From: Mayamaea pseudoterrestris
Taxonomy: Eukaryota
Length of the DNA stretch: 64,000 nt
Assembly: GCA_027923505.1 (NCBI GenBank)
Contig: BROI01000001.1
Span: 1,922,001-1,986,000, forward strand
Direction of reading: 5' to 3'
Shown: one piece after another, positions 58,269 through 64,000 of the stretch
Numbering within the stretch: position 1 is the stretch's first letter
Layout of the letters: each line of letters begins with the position of its first letter
Made by a program: the position numbers and the translations under genes
Notes under the pieces: model-generated
Database searches by the model: none
Seen by the model: the letters and a program-made list of their open reading frames with translations, nothing else
Told to the model about the DNA's origin: nothing

Positions 58269-60167
58269 ATGTCAGTGGAGGTTGGGGACGACCATGACGG
58301 CGACGATGAGCAGTCAGCCAATGACGAAGGCGCACCTTGTCCATTGTCCAAAGAAACGGATGATGCAATCAAGCCAAACACGACAAAGAGCAACCACGTT
58401 AACGCAACAGACGATAGGATTGATCATTTAGCTGAACAGCTTCATGCAACGAAGCCGCTCTCTGTTGACACTGATCAACCCTTGGCTCCTCCTCCAGTAG
58501 CTTACGACGACGCAAGTGTATTCGACATGGAAGCGGCCGTCACTTTTGCTCGCAACAAGGGCAACCATGAAACGAAGAATCGACAAACTCTGATGCATGC
58601 TGCATCCAGCTGCTCCGAGACGGTCTTGTCGCAGTTCTCATTCGGAGACCTGACATTAGACTCTCCTCGATCAGTCGAAGAAGGTGATGTGATTGACAAG
58701 GCGATCGATCCTCCTAATACATTCCAGAAAGGATATACATGGCCAAAGGTTGTACAGAAGACAAAGGAGTCTCCGAGCCGCTGCTTCTTCCTTGCTTTTT
58801 TCATTATTTGCCTCGTTGTCTTGCTGCCAGCCATGCTTGCTGGCTTGTTGCGGGACGACGCAAAAAATGAAGGACCCGCCAAGACTGCGCCCTCCTTGGA
58901 TTCGTCGCATGTTTCATTTACAACTCCAATGCCTGCCTCTGAACCTACGATGTCGCCGACTGCTAGTCACGACTCTATTCAAGAATCTCCTCCTACGACT
59001 TTTCTGCCGACGCAGTTACCGTCATCGTCTCCCGTTGCCTCGTCGGCTGCTGAATATATTGCTGGCAAGCTCGACCATCGCGAAAATCAGCTTTTGCTCT
59101 CCCAGGGCCTTTCATCAAAGATTATTGCAAATGCCGGCAAGAGAGTTAAGTATCCAATCACTGGAAAGACGTCTACAGTTAGTTCCCATGCCATGTTTGA
59201 CTTTGGTGCGACCTTTGCAACTGGCGACGGTGGCTGGGTTTACTTAAGCAACTCTGAAGTCGATGACAATGAGGGTGGCGTCGGAGCTTTTGAGTTTGAC
59301 GCCCAAGGAAATGTTATCAACTACAAGATGTTACTCACTAACACGTCCAAGAACTGCGGAGGAGGCAAGACGCCGTGGAATGCCTATGTCACATGCGAGG
59401 AGGTTAACAGAGGTCGCTGCTATCAGGTGGACCCAACTGGTCGACGAGCATCCCGCATGCTAACAGTTGGTGAAGAGACCAATGGCGCCAAGTTTGAATC
59501 GTTTGCGCATTGGACGCGTAACCAATCAGCGCCAGAGTTTTTTGTAACAGAAGACGACGCCAATAGTACTTTGCGGCGGTTTATCCCGGATGATCCTGAC
59601 TGGTCGGATCCATGGAGCATGTTGATTGGAAGTGGGTCAACAACCTATCTCCTACTCAGGCCTTCCGACAACACTTTTCGCTGGACCTTTGACGTAGACG
59701 CCGCAAGGATCAATGGAGGCGAAAACTTTCCTGGCGCAGAAGGCATTGATCAGATTGGCAATCGACTATATTTCATCTCAAAGACGGCCAAGAAAATGTT
59801 CACACTCGATCTACTGGATGGAACGTACACGGAACAGCCAACAAAGATTGGGCGATTCGATGGGCAGCCTGATCAGATTGTCCGAACGGCCCAAGATAAT
59901 GCTGGCGACGTGTTTTTCTTCACACAAGACGCCGACAATGCATGCGGCATCTCGGCCAAAGATGACCAAGGAACGTACACTCTTGTCGACACGCTTCAAA
60001 CACGCATAGACGAAACGGCAGGCCTTGCCTTTTCTCCCGATGGAAGGCACATGTACTTTGCCATGCAAAAGGCCGGCATTCTCTATGACATTACTCGAGA
60101 TGATGGTGGTGGGTTTCACGAACAGCCAAGCCAGATTGTCTACGAGAAGAGGTCAAATTCTGATTGA
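58269..60167 (+). CDS. Type II membrane PhoX/DUF839-like alkaline phosphatase, paralog 2
   Basis: TM, S/P/T stalk, SNSE, NCGGGKTPW, TCEE, FES, TED, AEG, PDQ, ETAGLAFSPDG. Confidence 0.85.
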   Translation: MSVEVGDDHDGDDEQSANDEGAPCPLSKETDDAIKPNTTKSNHVNATDDRIDHLAEQLHATKPLSVDTDQPLAPPPVAYDDASVFDMEAAVTFARNKGNHETKNRQTLMHAASSCSETVLSQFSFGDLTLDSPRSVEEGDVIDKAIDPPNTFQKGYTWPKVVQKTKESPSRCFFLAFFIICLVVLLPAMLAGLLRDDAKNEGPAKTAPSLDSSHVSFTTPMPASEPTMSPTASHDSIQESPPTTFLPTQLPSSSPVASSAAEYIAGKLDHRENQLLLSQGLSSKIIANAGKRVKYPITGKTSTVSSHAMFDFGATFATGDGGWVYLSNSEVDDNEGGVGAFEFDAQGNVINYKMLLTNTSKNCGGGKTPWNAYVTCEEVNRGRCYQVDPTGRRASRMLTVGEETNGAKFESFAHWTRNQSAPEFFVTEDDANSTLRRFIPDDPDWSDPWSMLIGSGSTTYLLLRPSDNTFRWTFDVDAARINGGENFPGAEGIDQIGNRLYFISKTAKKMFTLDLLDGTYTEQPTKIGRFDGQPDQIVRTAQDNAGDVFFFTQDADNACGISAKDDQGTYTLVDTLQTRIDETAGLAFSPDGRHMYFAMQKAGILYDITRDDGGGFHEQPSQIVYEKRSNSD

Positions 60168-60272
60168 GAATGGCTCGTTCCTGCACACCTTTGCGGCGCG
60201 TACCAAGCAAGCACTGCTTCTTCGTATATATCAATATTATTAGCTATTAGCTGTATTCCTTACGAGTAGCAG

Positions 60273-61904
60273 TTATACTGTTACCGAAAATTGCAACGGG
60301 TGAGGCAACGGCGGCACATTCGCGTCATCAGCTGCAGTGTGCCGCACAGCAGATGATCTGGATGAAACTGACCAGTCTCCCATAGGCGTCACATGCCGCT
60401 CACTATTGTTTTCACTATCCTCATTCAGCGTCAACAGTGCGGATGCATGCTTGATGATCCAGTCCTGGTTGGTGAGAAAGGTTTCCTCCCCTTCGTCTGC
60501 TTCGTCATCGTCGTCTTCATCATCATCCTCGTATGTTCCAGTGAGAAGAGTGCTCGCGACGTGCAGAAACTGGCTAGCATCGTCATCGTCCCTCGAACTG
60601 TCAGAGCAGTCACTGTCGGAATTACAGTCGACAAACTCCTCCTTCCTCTCCTCCACAACTTCAATTGCCCCGCCGTTCGGAATGACAGTCGTTTTGGCTG
60701 CCAGCAAGTACATCTTGCGAGCCTCCACAATTGATTCCAGTAACGTCCTTGTTTCCTGAATAGCAAGTCGCTCCGACACATTGGCCGTCCAACAGGCCCT
60801 CAGTAACTCGCAGACACTTGCCGGCCAGGCGTCATGATCCAGTTCGGGTCGCTCGCCATTAACGCAAACGGCCTTGCGATGATCCTCCACCGAATGCAAC
60901 GCAAATGGCCGCTCCAACGCAAGCATTTCCCACAACACCAAGCTCCAACTGTAAACGTCCGCCTTGGCGTTATACTTGCTCGAGTTGACAATTTCGGGAG
61001 CCAAGTAACGTCTCGTTCCAACGAAGGAAAGTAAATGAACATCTTCAACGCGGGCGCTGGCTGGATATTCGCGCACCAAGCCAAAGTCAAACAAACGAAT
61101 TTTGCCATCCTTCAAGCCAATGTTGTGTGGCTTCAAATCGCGAAACAGAATCCGGTTCTCGTGTAAATATTCTAGTGCCTCCGACAGTTGCAATGCATAC
61201 TCGAGCTTGGTGTCCATGCTGCTACTTCTCGTGCTGCTAGTAGATAGTGTCGCCGCTGAAATGGACGACATTGTTGTTGCACAATCACTCTGCAGTTTCC
61301 ACCGCTGCAGCGACTGGTCCAGCGTCCCATCAAGCTTGTCCAGCAGCAAAAAGTACGAGTCGTGCTTGCCCTGCAGTAACGCGTCAATCCCCTCGTACGG
61401 AAGCGCCCGTAAATTCAAAACATGCTCATGGTCCATGCGCGACAAAAAAGCCCCTTCGACCACCAAGTCGGCCGATGCAACGGCAAAATTCTTGATTGCC
61501 TTTCTATCAGTCCCATATAGTTGCGGCTGCAAATGTTTAATGGCGTATCGGGCGACGCCGCATTTCGAAACGCACGTTTCGGATAGTTGCCTTCGCGCCA
61601 GCTGCTGCGGCAACGTGAGCTTGGCGTCAATGGCGGCATCAACCTTGATGGATCGCACTTCAAACACATTGGCGAATCCTCCTCGACCCAACTGTGCACC
61701 CGTCATGATTTCGTGTCGTGACAGTAGTGCATGCTCCCTGGCGCAAGGTTGCTGGAGAAAGACGGACTGCTGCGCGACAGTGTCAAGGTCATTTCTCACA
61801 AAATTGGTGATTCGCCGATTCAAGCTGCTCTGATGCCATGCTCGACTCCTAGCAGTTGATGGCGTTGCTGATTGCTTTAATTGCTCTGCTTTGTTCATCG
61901 CCAT
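60273..61904 (-). CDS. Ser/Thr protein kinase (diatom-expanded type)
   Basis: LGRGGFANV, AIK, FRDLKPHN, DFG, APE, DVYSW; acidic tail. Confidence 0.93.
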   Translation of the reverse strand: MAMNKAEQLKQSATPSTARSRAWHQSSLNRRITNFVRNDLDTVAQQSVFLQQPCAREHALLSRHEIMTGAQLGRGGFANVFEVRSIKVDAAIDAKLTLPQQLARRQLSETCVSKCGVARYAIKHLQPQLYGTDRKAIKNFAVASADLVVEGAFLSRMDHEHVLNLRALPYEGIDALLQGKHDSYFLLLDKLDGTLDQSLQRWKLQSDCATTMSSISAATLSTSSTRSSSMDTKLEYALQLSEALEYLHENRILFRDLKPHNIGLKDGKIRLFDFGLVREYPASARVEDVHLLSFVGTRRYLAPEIVNSSKYNAKADVYSWSLVLWEMLALERPFALHSVEDHRKAVCVNGERPELDHDAWPASVCELLRACWTANVSERLAIQETRTLLESIVEARKMYLLAAKTTVIPNGGAIEVVEERKEEFVDCNSDSDCSDSSRDDDDASQFLHVASTLLTGTYEDDDEDDDDEADEGEETFLTNQDWIIKHASALLTLNEDSENNSERHVTPMGDWSVSSRSSAVRHTAADDANVPPLPHPLQFSVTV

Positions 61905-62325
61905 GGTTAAACAGGTTGTTCAGTCTGGGATTGTAAACGACCCAGTGAGTTGGTGGGTTTCGGAGGTTCGAAGCGTCGACGCGAGTAGGAAAGAAGCCGA
62001 GCGAAAATGACCAGCGAAACTCGAGAAATGCCAGCATAACCACGTGGCATTACGCGGAATGCCTAAGAGGTTAACTAATCGGTCGTGTGTACAAACGTCA
62101 TAGTCATAGCAGACCGAAGTGTTTCATGTCATCAGTCATTGCGATGGTTTCGTGGTCGACGCATCGTCGCTTGTTCTATTATAGAGCCTGTCCGGTAGCA
62201 TACCGGTAGTTAAATATAATGTGTGTGATGCTCAATGTAGCGGAGTGGTGTATAATGCTCAAGCAAAGAGATTTCTACTTTGCTTCTAAGTCTTTTACAG
62301 TCCACCGTCAATCATCTCGAGCACC

Positions 62326-64000
62326 CTACCTTCTCCGCCACATTGGCATGGTTTGCAAGCTTGTGGGCTCCACTCTTCGCCAAACTGCAAAGTAGTCCTT
62401 GTCGTCGTCAGTTTGGCGTACTCGTCGCGATGGGACGCCACGAGTAACAAGCAGGACCGAGTCGACCGACATGACTTGCTGGGGCGCTCGAATCGCACCG
62501 AAACAACCAGCAGTCTTTCCACCAAAGAGCCCGGTAAACACACCCCCACTCGTCACGCGCACGCCAGAGCGCCAAAGTATTCGTCGTTTCCTGTTGAACT
62601 CGATTCTACCGCTCTGTTCAAACCTGGTGAATCCTTGTGGTCCAGAGGAACTAAACCTGCGATTGTCCACGTCAACAGACTGCCAAGATTCCGTCTTGTT
62701 GAAAAATTTGACGCCTTCGCCTCGCTTATCAGCAAGAAGTTGGAGCCTCCAGTAGCCATCCAAATTTTCAAGCATTGCATCCGCGTCGCCGAGTATGAAA
62801 TCGTCCGCTCGAAACGAAGATACACTTTCTTCCATAGTCTGTTGTTTGGCTGCAAGTATTGGTCGTCCGTTTATGACAGCTACAGCCTCTGGCTGAGGAG
62901 TATTCAAAGTAATCTCCTTTTGAAGAGCGTCATCGAATCGACGAGCGATAGATCGAAGCGCCTGGACAATTTTGAGGCGGCTTTGCTCACCTCCATCCGT
63001 CGCCCGCAGTAGCACTTGTCGGGCTTCTCGGTGCGATCGGACAACATTTTCCGATAGTTTCTTGTAGAAACCTCCTTCAAGGTCTATATATGCCGTATTG
63101 TAGACATCATCAAAGTTCTTGGCAAAGTTAGCAAGTCCAGTGGTATCAATGAATGTATTTTTGGCCTGCTTTCGAGAGAATTCTGATGCCTTGACGTCAT
63201 CGCGCATAAAGGTGAATGCTTCAATGCCATAGAGGAGCTTCTTGGCGTTGACCTTGATTCGTTCTATCCGCGATTCGGTCAAAGCTTTGTAGACCGCAAT
63301 TGCTTCTTGCGTTCGTCCGGCCGCTTCATATGCCATGGCCAGCTCTAGATATACCGATCCTCCCACCTGACTATTCGTGGAACAATATTTGGTCACCTTT
63401 TCAAGCGCCGACACTGCATTGCTGTAGAGGCCCCGTTGCATTGATCGGCTTCCAATCTCCAATGCTTCATTTATTTCTGATGCAAACTCTCGTTCCGACT
63501 TGACATCAATGCCCGCTTTTTCGCGATACCGCTGCAGAATCGCTCTCGTTTCAGCGTCAGCGTCGACGGTTTCCTGCTCCTGACTGTAACCTGGACCAAT
63601 ACGCCTGCCACCGCCATATGCCTTTGATATATCCCGTGGACGAGGAAACGCTCCCCAGGTACCAACTTTGGGCTGATACATGTCTGATTGCGCAGTCTCA
63701 TTTTGCGAAAAAGATCCGCCAATGCCGGTTGTCAGCTGCGCCGACGACGATTGCTGTGCTCGTGCAGCCGCTACTTGCGCCTCGTCCGCCTTGAGTTGTG
63801 CAAGACGTTCCTTCAGCTTCTCGGATGACTGACGTTCCTTTTCAGCTTGCTCGCGTTTCTTCTTTTCGGCAAAGCGCGCTGCAACCAAGGCGACAAGCTC
63901 GTCCTCGGAGCGCTCCTCCTCGACGTCAGCCTTGTTAAACAAGTCTGGGTTAATCAGCGGCTTTCTCAGTTCGGAAGAAGAAGCAACTACTTGAGAAGTT
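62326..64000 (-). CDS. TPR-containing protein similar to a conserved plastid family; 5' end lies outside the window
   Basis: YQPKVGTWGAFPRPRDISKAYGGGR motif, TPR LAMAYEAAG; frame open to the window edge. Confidence 0.75.
   Translation of the reverse strand, partial: TSQVVASSSELRKPLINPDLFNKADVEEERSEDELVALVAARFAEKKKREQAEKERQSSEKLKERLAQLKADEAQVAAARAQQSSSAQLTTGIGGSFSQNETAQSDMYQPKVGTWGAFPRPRDISKAYGGGRRIGPGYSQEQETVDADAETRAILQRYREKAGIDVKSEREFASEINEALEIGSRSMQRGLYSNAVSALEKVTKYCSTNSQVGGSVYLELAMAYEAAGRTQEAIAVYKALTESRIERIKVNAKKLLYGIEAFTFMRDDVKASEFSRKQAKNTFIDTTGLANFAKNFDDVYNTAYIDLEGGFYKKLSENVVRSHREARQVLLRATDGGEQSRLKIVQALRSIARRFDDALQKEITLNTPQPEAVAVINGRPILAAKQQTMEESVSSFRADDFILGDADAMLENLDGYWRLQLLADKRGEGVKFFNKTESWQSVDVDNRRFSSSGPQGFTRFEQSGRIEFNRKRRILWRSGVRVTSGGVFTGLFGGKTAGCFGAIRAPQQVMSVDSVLLVTRGVPSRRVRQTDDDKDYFAVWRRVEPTSLQTMPMWRRR

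Noticed and set aside
1..64000. tRNA, rRNA and spliceosomal snRNA genes
   Set aside because: No recognisable T-loop/cloverleaf or U1/U2/U5/U6 signatures seen by eye; a tRNAscan-SE or Infernal run would be decisive

Overview
Gene-dense eukaryotic nuclear DNA, most likely from a diatom. Support: short GT-AG introns, bipartite ASAFAP-type plastid presequences, a CoDi-like Copia element, a stramenopile-type TOM70 and diatom-style HSF and kinase genes. The window holds about 27 host protein genes plus two LTR retrotransposons. One is a minus-strand Ty3/Gypsy (13999-22883) with three LTRs, a 3,736-bp tandem duplication and gag/pol separated by a single in-frame TGA. The other is a plus-strand Ty1/Copia (44100-50753) with three apparently identical 211-bp LTRs. 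The strongest signal is that neither element has a tRNA-type primer-binding site. The Copia instead has a perfect 15-nt complement between its PBS position and the predicted transcript 5' end inside its own LTR, a self-priming signature. The Gypsy leader consists of two back-to-back palindromes. Notable host genes include a TOG domain joined to a kinesin-13-like tail, a FAIM-like/UIM/clathrin-box protein, a PARP-zinc-finger/PADR1/PolX-8kDa protein with no catalytic domain, a pair of membrane-anchored PhoX-like paralogs (one probably catalytically dead), a tandem 4-TM protein with a possible 1-nt intron slide, and an Arg-cluster/APT-repeat surface protein. Both retroelements lack target-site duplications and carry left-end duplications, so assembly artefacts or mis-joins are likely at these two loci. 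All family calls come from motif recognition by eye, without database searches.
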